64,000 nucleotides of DNA from Candidatus Marinacidobacterales bacterium. GTDB taxonomy: Bacteria > Acidobacteriota > Vicinamibacteria > Marinacidobacterales > SMYC01. Numbering within the stretch: position 1 is the stretch's first letter; each line of letters begins with the position of its first letter. Shown here in pieces: positions 28,707-39,271 of the stretch. The translations under genes and the position numbers were made by a program. The stretch is from contig OZ250169.1 in NCBI GenBank assembly GCA_965237955.1, forward strand, positions 6,816,001 to 6,880,000, written 5' to 3'. Under the pieces are notes generated by a model. The model was not told the DNA's origin, did not search any database, and saw nothing but the letters and a program-made list of their open reading frames with translations.

Positions 28707-29495
28707 TTGAACGAAGTCACGATCCGAAGCCTCAACGGCATCAACCGACGCTTTTACGACGAGCGCGCCGACGAGTTCAATCAAACGCGCGAGCGAGCGT
28801 GGCGCGGCTGGAACGATCTCTTCGACCGCTACGGCTCCCGGGTTCCGCGCTCACCCAGGGTCCTCGACGTCGGCTGCGGCAACGGCCGCTTCGCACGGTT
28901 CTTGCGTCAACGGCTTGCCGAGCCGTTCACCTACTTCGGCATCGACGCCAGCAAGCTTGGGCTGGAGCATGCCGAAAAACGACTCGTCGACATTCCCAAC
29001 GTACATCTGGTCGAGCACGATTTCATCGTCGAGCCAGAACCGCTTCCGTCTTCGCTGGCTTCCGACGAGTTCGATCTCATCGTGCTGTTCGGGGTCGTCC
29101 ATCATATTCCGGGACGGGAACATCGCGCCCGCCTTCTGACACGCCTCGCTCGGCATCTAGCTCCGGGCGGCATGTTCGCCTACACCGTGTGGCGCTTCGA
29201 TCGCTTCGAGCGTTTCACCCGCAAGCTCGTGCCGTGGGACGATTTCCCTGTGGAAGGGAGCGAGCTCGAGCCCGGGGATCACATCATGACGTGGGGTGAT
29301 GCCGGACCGGCTTACCGGTACTGCCACGCGATGACCGATGAAGAGGCCGAGACCCTCGAGCGCACCTTACCGCTCGAGGCGTTGGCAAGCTTTTCCGGGG
29401 ACGACGACTTGAACCGATATTACGTTCTAATGAAAAAAACGCCACTCGACGCTCGCAAGCCCACACAGGGTGAACGTGGTTCCCGACTCGAGTAG
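28707..29495 (+). CDS. Class I SAM methyltransferase, Trm9/ALKBH8-like
   Basis: FYDERADEFNQTR..W, VLDVGCGNG, VVHHIP....R, PGG....VW, D.IMTW and YRYCH. Confidence 0.8.
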   Translation: MNEVTIRSLNGINRRFYDERADEFNQTRERAWRGWNDLFDRYGSRVPRSPRVLDVGCGNGRFARFLRQRLAEPFTYFGIDASKLGLEHAEKRLVDIPNVHLVEHDFIVEPEPLPSSLASDEFDLIVLFGVVHHIPGREHRARLLTRLARHLAPGGMFAYTVWRFDRFERFTRKLVPWDDFPVEGSELEPGDHIMTWGDAGPAYRYCHAMTDEEAETLERTLPLEALASFSGDDDLNRYYVLMKKTPLDARKPTQGERGSRLE

Positions 29496-30313
29496 CTGGG
29501 CACGCTCCTCCCCTGAGTGACCCCACACACCGTTCTTGCTGGCAGTATCGATCGCATAGAGACTTCCCGCCATCTCGACGATCAAAACGTGGACCCTCGA
29601 GATGTGAGGGTTCGTAAGCAGGACATCGCCATCGCATCGGTCCGAGCGTCCGAGAAGGATTCCGGAGCGCATCGCCCGTCTGCCGACTGGCATCGTCCCA
29701 ACGCCTTCTTCAGACGCGATCACGAGCTCACCGAGCGGTTCCTCATCGTCGGATAGGAGACTCTCTTCGAGCGTGGCCGGATGCGGAAGCGCCATCGTGC
29801 CGGCGTCTCGGCGGCTAAGCTATGCCCATATCGCCTCCGGCTCATCAGGCCAGCCGCGATCGCCTCGTGAGCCGGGAGCGAACAACAGAGAGTACCGGCC
29901 GCATCGAATGAAAAACGGCCCATCGGCTTCGCACGCGCGCAGTTGGCTACCGCGCTCGTCAGTGAAACCGGACGGCGTCCGTAAATCGACGACGCGAAAC
30001 GAGAACGGCTTCTTGGGGGACGACGGCGGCACGATCACGGCGAGATGCCGGAGGGACAAAGAGGGATCATCGCCGAGAAAAATCTCCGCCTTTTCGTGCC
30101 GCCCCACGATCGCGGTGTTGACTCGATTCTCGTGAGCGCGCAGGTAGCCCTTGGCCTGGACGCCGTGCTCGTCGAGAGCGACGACCGCGAGCCCAGGCTG
30201 CTTCCGGTCGTGCAATCAGTCTCGGATCGGGTCGTAGTACTCGAAAAACAGCTCGCCGGCCGCATGGCGCGGCGGCGGCGGTACGAATGCCGGCAGACAT
30301 AGCGTGTCATCAT
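29427..30313 (-). pseudogene. FHA-domain protein, disrupted
   Basis: IVGRH...SLSLRH and LLGR..RC...ISRVH...DTASKNG; in-frame TGA (about 30217), TAG (29820) and a 5' frameshift. Confidence 0.65.
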
Positions 30314-30720
30314 TCGACACGCGGTCGAACGAGCGTTTCAACCAAAAAACGCGCGAGGCTTCGTCCACGGGCGTTTCTCCCCCACTTTGCTAAATTGACG
30401 GAACGCTATAGTTATGGACGGAATCGCCTCCCGGTTTCTGTGACCGCGAGCACGAAAAAGACCGCATGCTACACTTAGGGCCGGCGACAAAATAAGTTCC
30501 CGTTTTCAAGACGGTCGGATGGTGTAGTTCCATTTGGGTAGAGTCTGGTCCTTTGTAACGGAAAGCGCCTGCATCCGCTCGTCAGTGATTTTGACGCCCT
30601 TCGGATAACGACGCCGGATAAGGTGTGCGCGTACTCGCAAACCGGAAGAGGTGGTGGTCGTGCGGATGTATTTGAGGATGGTTTCGTAGCTGTCGAGATG
30701 CCTGCCTGCGTATTCCGGGG

Positions 30721-30864
30721 CATCGTGAACGCAGATTCCAGCCGAAGGTGAACATCCATTCCAAAGCATCGTGAACACGGATTCCGGGGATCGTGAACAT
30801 CGATTCCGGGGAAGGTGAACACGGATTCCAGGCAACGTGAACGCCGGTTCCGGCATCGCGAACG
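30721..30864. repeat. IS21 subterminal transposase-binding repeats
   Basis: About 7 GTGAAC..ATTCC units at 20-23 bp period, mirrored by GTTCAC units at the right end. Confidence 0.85.
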
Positions 30865-30926
30865 CTCATCGATAGCACGTTTCAAGGCAACTCTAGGTCG
30901 TACCCGGAAGGAGGACGATCTAGGAA

Positions 30927-32483
30927 ATGGCAGCTAAGAGGTTATCGATGAGAAAAATACGAGAGGTTCTAAGGTTAAAGTACGAGCTGGGTTTTACTCA
31001 CCGCATGATCGCAAAGGCACTTCGCGTGGCGGTTGGAACGGTGAGTGAGTACCTGGCCAAGGCGAAGAAGGGTGGTCTGAGCTGGCCGCTCCCGGAGGAG
31101 CTGAGCGACGGGGAGCTGGAGGCAGGGCTGTTTCCGCCGCCGGGCTCGTCTGGCGCACGGCTGGGTCTGGACTATGCCCACATCCACGAGGAGCTGAGGC
31201 GTCACCGAGAGCTGACGTTGCTGCAGCTGTGGGTGGAGTACGCGGAGAATAAGCCGGGAGCGTACGGCTACAGCCGTTATTGCGAGCTGTACGGTCAGTG
31301 GAAGAAGAAGCTGAACCCGACGATGCGTCAACGGCATCGAGCAGGCGAGAAGACATTCGTCGATTTTTCGGGGAAGAAGCCTCACATCGTCGATCCGAAA
31401 ACGGGAGAGCTCGTCGAAATGGAGCTGTTCGTCGGGACGTTGGGCGCGAGCAGTTACACCTACGTCGAAGCGACACTGAACCAGTCGCTGGAATCGTGGG
31501 CGAAGGCCCATAAGGGGATGTCGGATTACTTCGGTGGCAGTACGGAGATCTGGGTTCCGGACAACTTGAAGAGCGGCGTGGATTTGGTGGACCGTTACGA
31601 GCCAGGGATCAACCGGACGTACGAAGAGATGGCGACGCATTACGGTGCGGTTGTGGTCCCGGCTCGGGTGTTCAAGCCGAAAGACAAAGCGAAGGTGGAG
31701 TCGGCAGTGCAGGTGGCGCAGCGCTGGATCCTGGCGGTGCTTCGTCATCGCACGTTCTTCAGCCTGGCGGAACTGAACGAAGCCATCTGGGAGAAGTTAG
31801 AGGTCCTGAATGCGCGTCCGATGCAGAAGCTCGGTGTGAGTCGGCGGGAGTTGTACGAAAGGCTAGACCGGCCCGTACTGAAACCGCTACCGCAGGAGAG
31901 CTACGAGTTATCGACGTGGAAGCGGTGCAGAGTGAACATCGACTACCACGTGGAGGTGGAGAACAACTTGTACAGCGTTCCCTATCAGCTCATTCACGAG
32001 AAAGTCGAGGCACGGGTGACGGCCTCGGTGGTGGAGGTCCTGTTCAAGGGAAAGCGCGTCGCGTCGCATCCCCGCAAGAAAGGAAAGGGGCACTACTCCA
32101 CGAACCCGGAGCATATGCCACGTTCGCATCGGGAGCACCTGGAGTGGACGCCGTCGCGGCTGCTCCACTGGGCGGAGCAGTCAGGTCGCGCCACGGGAAG
32201 GCTGGTTGCGGGGATTCTAGAGAGTCGGCCTCACCCGGAGCAGGGATTTCGCTCTTGCCTGGGAGTCATGCGACTAGGCAGCCGCTGGGGCAGTGAGCGT
32301 CTCGAGGCCGCTTGCGCACGAGCGGAAGCTTTGAGCTCTTACAGCTATCGCACGGTGAAAAACATTCTCTCGGCTGGTCTGGATCGTGTGGTGCTCGAAT
32401 CGGACGCCGAAGCGAAACCGCGAGAGGAGCACGAGAACATCCGAGGCGCGGATCACTACGAAGGAGGAGAGTCCCGATGCTGA
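30927..32483 (+). CDS. istA: IS21 transposase
   Basis: FVDFSG, PDNLKS and PKDKAKVE motifs. Confidence 0.95.
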   Translation: MAAKRLSMRKIREVLRLKYELGFTHRMIAKALRVAVGTVSEYLAKAKKGGLSWPLPEELSDGELEAGLFPPPGSSGARLGLDYAHIHEELRRHRELTLLQLWVEYAENKPGAYGYSRYCELYGQWKKKLNPTMRQRHRAGEKTFVDFSGKKPHIVDPKTGELVEMELFVGTLGASSYTYVEATLNQSLESWAKAHKGMSDYFGGSTEIWVPDNLKSGVDLVDRYEPGINRTYEEMATHYGAVVVPARVFKPKDKAKVESAVQVAQRWILAVLRHRTFFSLAELNEAIWEKLEVLNARPMQKLGVSRRELYERLDRPVLKPLPQESYELSTWKRCRVNIDYHVEVENNLYSVPYQLIHEKVEARVTASVVEVLFKGKRVASHPRKKGKGHYSTNPEHMPRSHREHLEWTPSRLLHWAEQSGRATGRLVAGILESRPHPEQGFRSCLGVMRLGSRWGSERLEAACARAEALSSYSYRTVKNILSAGLDRVVLESDAEAKPREEHENIRGADHYEGGESRC

Positions 32484-33235
32484 CACCCGAAACGATAGAA
32501 AAGATGAACGCCATGAAGTTGTTCGGCTTGGTGTCCGCGTTCGAAACCCAGTTGAGCTCGAGCGAATACAAGGAGCTGAGCTTCGAGGAACGTGTGGGAC
32601 TCCTGGTCGATGCCGAGTGGACCGCCCGCGAACAGCGTAAGCTTTCTCGACGACTGCGAGCGGCAAAGCTCCGCTATCCGGCATGTTTGGAGAACGTGAA
32701 CTTCCAAGCGCCTCGAGGCTTAAACCGCGAACAGATCTTGAGCCTGGGCAACTGCCGCTTTGTCGGTGAGCGCCATAACCTGCTCATCACCGGCCCGACG
32801 GGGATTGGCAAATCGTTCTTGGCTTGCGCCTTCGTGGAGCGGGCCTGTCGTCGCGGCTTCACCGGATGCTACGTGCGAGCACCGCGCTTGCTCCACGAGC
32901 TCGCGGTCGCTCGTGGTGATGGTTCCTACGCCCGGCTTTTGACGAAACTCGCCAAGCTGGACTTACTGGCTATCGATGATTGGCTGCTTCACCCGCTGAA
33001 AGAATCGGAGAGACGGGATCTAATGGAGGTCATCGAAGACCGCGCCGAGCGTGGCTCCACACTCATCGCGACCCAGATTCCGCTCAAGCAGTGGCACGAA
33101 GCGATTGGCGACCCAAACCAGGCAGACGCTATCTGCGATCGCATTCTCCACAGCGCGCACCGCATCACTCTCAAAGGAGCTTCTCTGAGAAAGACCAAGG
33201 CTGCGCCAAAGGCATTTGACAACGCCGATGCATGA
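32477..33235 (+). CDS. istB: IS21 helper ATPase
   Basis: GPTGIGKS, LLAIDDW and ADAICDR. Confidence 0.95.
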   Translation: MLTPETIEKMNAMKLFGLVSAFETQLSSSEYKELSFEERVGLLVDAEWTAREQRKLSRRLRAAKLRYPACLENVNFQAPRGLNREQILSLGNCRFVGERHNLLITGPTGIGKSFLACAFVERACRRGFTGCYVRAPRLLHELAVARGDGSYARLLTKLAKLDLLAIDDWLLHPLKESERRDLMEVIEDRAERGSTLIATQIPLKQWHEAIGDPNQADAICDRILHSAHRITLKGASLRKTKAAPKAFDNADA

Positions 33236-35364
33236 GCGAGCGAGGGACCACAGCGTCGATGCGATAAAAACGGGTGAAACCGCCAAACCCGGGGTACCAG
33301 ACGATGCGGCGCCAAAACGACGCGCGAGAATGCCTCAGGAAGCGTCTTCTCGAGCCAGGCCATACCCCAGCAACCCCCCGAAACCAGCCCCACATCGCCC
33401 GGGGTTCGGCCGCGGCAGGTCGCTGCCTACGGGAGCGGGAAGGTCGCTTCGCGTCTTTCCTTACGCCCGCTCCCTCCGGCACCGACCTGCCGCCCCTTGC
33501 TACACAACACGCAGGTAAGATAGGTTCACGTTTTCAATCAGTGGGAAGGAGGTCACCCAACACTTCATCGCTTCGATGAGCGTTCGGCTTCACCGGATTC
33601 GCTGTTCAGCTTGCTCTGGATTCGGCGTTCACGATGGCTGGAATACGCAGCCTGCCCGCCCAGTTCTTGCTGATCTCGCTGAACAGACGGTGCTCCACTG
33701 GATTCCACTTGGATGTACCGGACGGATAGTGGGCTATGGTGATAGCGATGTCGTGGCGATTGCAAATCCGCGTTTGAAGCCCGTGCTTCCAACCCCGACA
33801 CCGATAGCCATTGCTGCCCCCGGCGTCTGCCAATATCGCGAGGTCACGGGCTGCAGGATAGCGTCGCCGTCCTTCCGTTCGCCACCACTTCTCGATGGCA
33901 TTCACGGCGAAGTCCGGGGTGTTGTACGAGGTACCAATGAACACTGTCCCGCGGTTCGCGAGCAGATCGTAGACGCCGTAGGGGATTGCGATGCCGTTCG
34001 ATTCGGAACGGAAGTCATGGTCTTTGACGAGAGTCGGCTCGCGGTTCCAGGCCTGCCCGCCGTTTTTGAATAATCCCACCAGCTCCCGTTTCTTCGTGTC
34101 TACGCTGATGATGGGATGACCAGCTGCGGCAAAACGCTCGCGCAGTTCGGCGATACACGCGAATTGGGTATCGCGATCTTCGGACGTGGCACCGCACAGC
34201 TTCTTGTGGTTCACCCGCAACGAGAAGCCGAGCTGTTTGAGCAGTCGACCGACGGTTTTGCTGCTGACGTTCACACCGAGGCTTCTTAGCTCGCAAGCAA
34301 TCTTGTCGGTGGTCCGCCGCGTCCATTTCACTCCCGTCATCGGATCGCCCGCGGTGTCGTGCTTCATGAGTTCTTCGATCTTGGCGATGACTTCTGGCGT
34401 TTTTTTTGCACGGCGCGCCGTCCGCCACCCTTTCGCCGAACTCCGTCGAGCTCAACATCTCTCATTAGTAATTCCCTACGACCTCTGGCTACCGTGCTCG
34501 GATCCATCCCGAGCAGTTCGGCAATCTGTTGGTCGCCACCGTGACCGAGCTTCATGGCCTCGACTCCCGCGTAGAGACGGCGCTGCTTTTCATCGAGCAG
34601 GCTGTAGAAAAGAACGATCGCAGCCTTCAACTCCACGGGGAGCACGCGGACTCCCCCGACCCAGCCCAACGTGGAAGGTGACGCCTCATGTACCTGGCGG
34701 GCCGAGAGCTGTTGCTTGCGCGTGCTCACATCGGTGGCCAGATACAGATATCGGCCGAACACCTGCTCGCGCGCCAATCTTTTCTCTCGGACCAGTTTCA
34801 ACAGAGGAGCCTTGACGTCAACCTGCACCACGTCCTCGAGCTCGTCGACGTAGTAGCCTGCCTCACAGGCCGCGACCAACGCTTTTACCGTCGCAAGCAA
34901 CGTCCCGTACTTCGAGAACCACACTGAGCGCAACGACCAAAGACCTTTTCGATCGAACTGGGCGATCTCGTCCAACGTGTAGTAGCTACCACGGTGGGAG
35001 TAGCTTGTCCGATACGCCAACTCATTGAGCTTTCGGAAGACGGTCGAGTCCACATCGGTACCCAACACTGCCTTCAAATCATCGAGGGTAGCTATTTTGT
35101 GCTTCCTCAACAGGCGGTCGAGATCTTCAGACTGATAGCTCGTAGGTCTCATAATAGGAGAAGTGCTCCTTGATAGGCGTAATCCTACCTAAAATGAGGA
35201 CCGTTTGCCAAACACGCGCTGGTTGCTGAAGATCTACAAATGTTCCGTTTCTAGGGAGCTTGCCAGGCTCTCGTGATGCCAGACGACATCGCGATCACGA
35301 CCTGAAACAGGAAGAGTGTGCTCAAAACTAGACAGTTATTTTGTCGGCGGCCCTTAGCACCAAA

Positions 35365-35862
35365 ATGGGGGAGAAAATTGCCGTTCTCGACCGTGGCAAC
35401 GTGGAGTTTCTCTATCCCGACGACTGGAGCGCGACGCGCACAAAGACGGCCACCTCACGCTGAGCGATCCCACCGAGTCATGTCGCCTCAAGGTCTCCTA
35501 CACGAAAGTACCTCCCGAAGCGGCTGGCTTCCCCGTCGACCGGCTCTTGCGGCAACTCCTCTCCCGAGGCGGGATCGGAGACCGAGATCCAATCGAGCTC
35601 CGAGTCCAACCTCCGTTTCGCGTGGACCGACTACTCATATCCGTCCACCCACAAGAGGACCGGCGATGCCGCGGTGGCGCACGGACGGTTGCTTCTCGGC
35701 GCAAACGACCTGTTCCAGACCCTCATGACCCTTTATTACTGGGCCGACGACGCCTCGTGGGCGGTACCCATTTGGGAACGTATCTTCGAAACGGTGCAGT
35801 TCGGCGACGGGAGCCAGCTCGGGAGCCCGGAAGATCATTGGTCGCGACAGCGGCGGAACTAA
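35365..35862 (+). pseudogene. Frameshifted hypothetical gene
   Basis: MGEKIAVLDRGNVEFLYPDDW..., SCRLKVSY and LMTLYYWADD...W segments fall in different frames. Confidence 0.45.
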
Positions 35863-36204
35863 ATTCCGAGAATCTCCGAAAAGTCGATGGCGGTCAGCTC
35901 GAGAGTCGGAGATCTGGCGGGCCATCCCCGAGGGCTCCTCGAACCTGCCGGCCACCGGCGGCTCTGCAAACTTCTACGACGTCACCGTTCGCACGGTACG
36001 CCCCGGACGGGCGCAGGAGTATCGCGCGCTGCAACGCCAGCTCAAAGGGGGTCTACGAGTCGATCCCGAGCAAGCCGGTGGTGGCTCGCTCCGTGCTGGC
36101 TTTCGGGGACGGAAGCAACCAGAACCTGTCCCCTTTTCCGACGCACACGGGATCGCGCAGACGGAATCCGCTAAGCGTTTCTTACAGCAGCTCTAACAGG
36201 TCAG

Positions 36205-36328
36205 CTAGTCTCCTGGATCTTTGATTACTATACAAAGTTAGGCTTTTCGCCAGCCCATAAGATTCATGCACTTAGAAGTGTTTCGGCAAGCTCTGCTTTA
36301 TCTAGTTTGTTCTGATACAGGGGACTAG
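36205..36328. mobile_element. MITE-like element (124 bp)
   Basis: AT-rich; IRs CTAGTCTCCTG / CAGGGGACTAG, resembling the ends of the IS at 9957-11589. Confidence 0.55.
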
Positions 36329-36901
36329 ACGGTTTAGACGCTTTTCGCCGTCGATGCGTACGCCGATGAAGTAGACCTCGGCCGCGGCGGCGGATTCGCG
36401 GTCGTACCGGGAATCACCAATCATCCACGCTTCGCTCGGACTCACCCTCAAGAGCTCACAGGCTCGGAGGAGCATGTCCGGCGCTGGCTTTCCTTTCGGC
36501 ACGTCGTTGCCTCCGACGATGAAATCCGGTGTCGCACCGGAGCGCTTCACGATTTCAGAGGCGATGGATGCCTGCGTGTTCGTGCACACCGCGCTCGTCA
36601 GCTCGCGCTCCGCCAACCGCGCAAAAACATCCGGCACTTCCTCGGGAACACCGAGGTGATCGAGGTGGTCGAAGTAGTGGGCGTCGTAGAACGCCTCGAC
36701 TTCCGAAACTTCGTGGTTCGGAAAAAACGCATCGCGATCCTCCGTCGTGCTCTGCCCCCAGCTCGCCTCGTAGGCTTCGGTCGATATAGCTGGATAGCCG
36801 AGCTCGCGCGCGGCATGGTTCAAAAGCTGAAACCAGGCGGGGTAGCTGTCGATCAAAACTCCATCAAGGTCGAAAAGAATCGCTCGCGGTGTATCGGTCA
36901 T
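36302..36901 (-). CDS. HAD-family phosphatase
   Basis: FDLDGVLIDS, CTN, KPAPD and IGDS..D. Confidence 0.9.
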   Translation of the reverse strand: MTDTPRAILFDLDGVLIDSYPAWFQLLNHAARELGYPAISTEAYEASWGQSTTEDRDAFFPNHEVSEVEAFYDAHYFDHLDHLGVPEEVPDVFARLAERELTSAVCTNTQASIASEIVKRSGATPDFIVGGNDVPKGKPAPDMLLRACELLRVSPSEAWMIGDSRYDRESAAAAEVYFIGVRIDGEKRLNRLVPCIRTN

Positions 36902-36906
36902 ACGCC

Positions 36907-38490
36907 TCATTCGAGTAGAAGACTGAGCTGCCGTTCCCCGTCATCGGGTAGCTCGCCGGTCTGTTTCTGGTAGAACGCACGTACGGTCGCAATGGTATCC
37001 GCGTCCTCGGCACGTTTGTCGTCACGATAAGCCTTGAGCCTGGCAAACCGGAGCGCGAGGCCGCCGGAATAATGCGGGCTTTTCTGGAGGTCGTTGAACG
37101 CGATTTCGACCACGAGCTCCGGCCGTACGTAGACGGTCCACTGGTCGCGCTTCGTCTCGATCTCCTGGAGCTTCGTCGTTTGCCACGCAAGAATCTCGTC
37201 GGTCATCCCTTTGAACGTTTTCCCAAGCATGACGTAGCTCCCGGTGTCCGGATCCCGGGCGCCCAAATGGAGGTTGCTGAGCCAGCCTTTGCGGCGCCCA
37301 CTCCCCCACTCCGCTGCGAGCACGACGAGATCGAGTGTGTGTGCCGACTTCACTTTCAGCCACGCTTTGCCGCGAGAGCCTGCTTCGTAGCAAGCATCGA
37401 GCGCCTTGGCCATGACGCCTTCATGTCCGGCAGCAAGCGCCTCGTCGACGAAACGCTTTGCCTCTTCCACGTCTTTGGTGACGATCCGTTGGATGACGAG
37501 GTTCTCGGGAAGCACCGAGCTCAGTTTCTGGAAACGCTCTTCGGCACCGCGGTCGATGAGCGACTCGCCCTCGAGATACAGGCAATCGAAGTAAACCGAC
37601 GTCAAAGGGAGCGCCTTCCGCATCGCGCCGACGTCGAGACGCCGCCCGAAGCGTCGCATCGTGACCTGGAATGGGTACGGACGTCCGTCTTTCTTGAGCG
37701 CGATCGCCTCGCCATCAAGGATGATGCTGTCGACATCGAGCGCCCGGATCGATTCCACGACTTCCGGGCAGGCGTGGCTGACGTCGTTGAGCCGTCGCGT
37801 GTAAACACGCACGTCGTCGCCTAACTTGTGGACTTGGATACGAGCGCCGTCGAGCTTGACCTCGAGCGCCACCGTCTCAAGCGTTGCCAGCGCGTCTTCG
37901 ACGTCATCGGCGGTTCGCGCGAGCATCGGCTGCACCGGCCGCAGAACTTCGACTTGGAAGCGCTCGAGCCCCGCCGCACCGTCCGACATCAACGTCCGCG
38001 CAACGAGACCGAGGTCGGCGGAGAGCATCAGCGCGCGGCGTACGTCCGCGGCCGGAAGCTCGGTTGCCTTGGCCACGGCTTCGATCATGATCCCTTCGAG
38101 AGACCCGTGGCGTACTTCGCCAACGAGCAAGCGTCCGATGAAGTCCTGTTCCGCCTCCGTCGCTTTGCGGTAGAGCTCTCGCAAGAGCTCCGTACGTTGC
38201 CCACTCGAGCCAGCTCCCGAGATGGACTCGAGCTCACCGAATGCCTTGTCCATGTCCGCAAGCTCGAGCTCGGGCGCGGTGGAGGCGGCGACGCTTCGCA
38301 ACGGTTCGAGCGCCGCGTAGCCGATACCGACCCGACCTTGCGGAATCGTCCCCGACAAGTAGCTCACGATGAGCGGTACTTCGTCCAGGGTTGCTTTCCC
38401 GAGCAGCGTCGCGAGATACGCCGCTTTGTTGAGACGGCTCCTCGTGGCCGCCATGCGCCCCGACGTTTCCACGAGCTCGGCGAACTTCAT
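36907..38490 (-). CDS. ATP-dependent DNA ligase (LigB-like)
   Basis: QPMLA, EVKLDGARIQ, LDGE, FDCL, EGVMAK, WLKVK and LRFAR. Confidence 0.93.
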   Translation of the reverse strand: MKFAELVETSGRMAATRSRLNKAAYLATLLGKATLDEVPLIVSYLSGTIPQGRVGIGYAALEPLRSVAASTAPELELADMDKAFGELESISGAGSSGQRTELLRELYRKATEAEQDFIGRLLVGEVRHGSLEGIMIEAVAKATELPAADVRRALMLSADLGLVARTLMSDGAAGLERFQVEVLRPVQPMLARTADDVEDALATLETVALEVKLDGARIQVHKLGDDVRVYTRRLNDVSHACPEVVESIRALDVDSIILDGEAIALKKDGRPYPFQVTMRRFGRRLDVGAMRKALPLTSVYFDCLYLEGESLIDRGAEERFQKLSSVLPENLVIQRIVTKDVEEAKRFVDEALAAGHEGVMAKALDACYEAGSRGKAWLKVKSAHTLDLVVLAAEWGSGRRKGWLSNLHLGARDPDTGSYVMLGKTFKGMTDEILAWQTTKLQEIETKRDQWTVYVRPELVVEIAFNDLQKSPHYSGGLALRFARLKAYRDDKRAEDADTIATVRAFYQKQTGELPDDGERQLSLLLE

Positions 38491-38584
38491 CCCATCGCGA
38501 CGCTAGCACGGAAAAGAGAGACGGACAAAGTGACTCGGGAGAGGTGAATTGCCCGCAATGTGCTGACCGGATAGTATTTCGCAG

Positions 38585-39084
38585 ATGATCGGTACCACGC
38601 CGAGGACACCAAGCTCGACCGCAAGGTGGCGCTCAAGGTTCTCCCACCGGATCTAGCGGAAAGCGAGGAGCGGCGGACGATTCACACAGGAAGCCAAAGG
38701 AATCGCCGCGCTCAATCATCCCAACATCGTGACCGTCTACTCCGTCCAGGAAGCAGACGGCGTTCACTTCATCACGATGGAGCTCCTTCAGGGAAAAACC
38801 GTCACGGAGCTGTTACCGAGACACGGTTTGCCGTTGAACAAGTTTTTCGAGATTGCGATGCCGCTCGTGGATGCGATGGCCTCGGCTCATCAGCACGGCA
38901 TACCCACCGCGATCTCGAACCCGACAACATCATGTTGAACGACGAGGGCCGGCCCAAAGTCCTCGATTTCGGTTTGGCCAAGCTCAGACCCGAGCCTGGG
39001 GACGCGGCCGCGAGCTCGCTCCCCACCCAACCCGCGACTCAAGTCGGTCGCATCGTGGGGACGGTCCACTACATGTTGCCCGAG
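38585..39084 (+). pseudogene. Ser/Thr protein kinase, degraded
   Basis: VALK, LNHPNIV, HRDLEPDN, DFG and GTVHYM spread over three frames; glycine loop deleted. Confidence 0.8.
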
Positions 39085-39271
39085 CGGTGCTTGCGCTGTT
39101 CGCTGTTGCTCAAGCAGCCGTTTTTTGATCGGGCGGCCACGAGGACCGCAGCTCGGCTACGCAAGGTTCCATGAGGTGGACGGTAACAGAGGCGAGCACG
39201 ACCGGCGCAAGCACCCCACTACCCAGCTTCTTCGCCCTCGCGCCGTCCCCACCCGCGTGACGCGGTATCAC

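Larger units (their letters stand above)
30707..33649 (+). mobile_element. IS21-family insertion sequence (2943 bp)
   Basis: TG...CA ends (TGCGTATTCC / GGAATACGCA); 7-bp duplication GCCTGCC (30700-30706, 33650-33656); istA and istB. Confidence 0.95.
30506..35152 (-). pseudogene. ISAzo13 transposase in three pieces (35152-34364; about 34405-33650; 30706-30506)
   Basis: GDP...KWT, ISVDTKKREL, HDF, ADAGGSN, SKWNPVEHRLFS, then NWAGR|HLDSYE...KWNYTI after removing IS21; A8 slippery run joins ORF1 and ORF2. Confidence 0.88.
30478..35353 (-). mobile_element. ISAzo13-family element interrupted by IS21
   Basis: IRs GGGCCGGCGACAAAATAA / TTATTTTGTCGGCGGCCC; TTA duplicated at 30475-30477 and 35354-35356. 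Confidence 0.9.

Noticed and set aside
30721-30864. Regularly spaced repeats resembling a mini-CRISPR
   Set aside because: Period of only 20-23 bp with no unique spacers; these are IS21 terminal repeats, and there are no cas genes.
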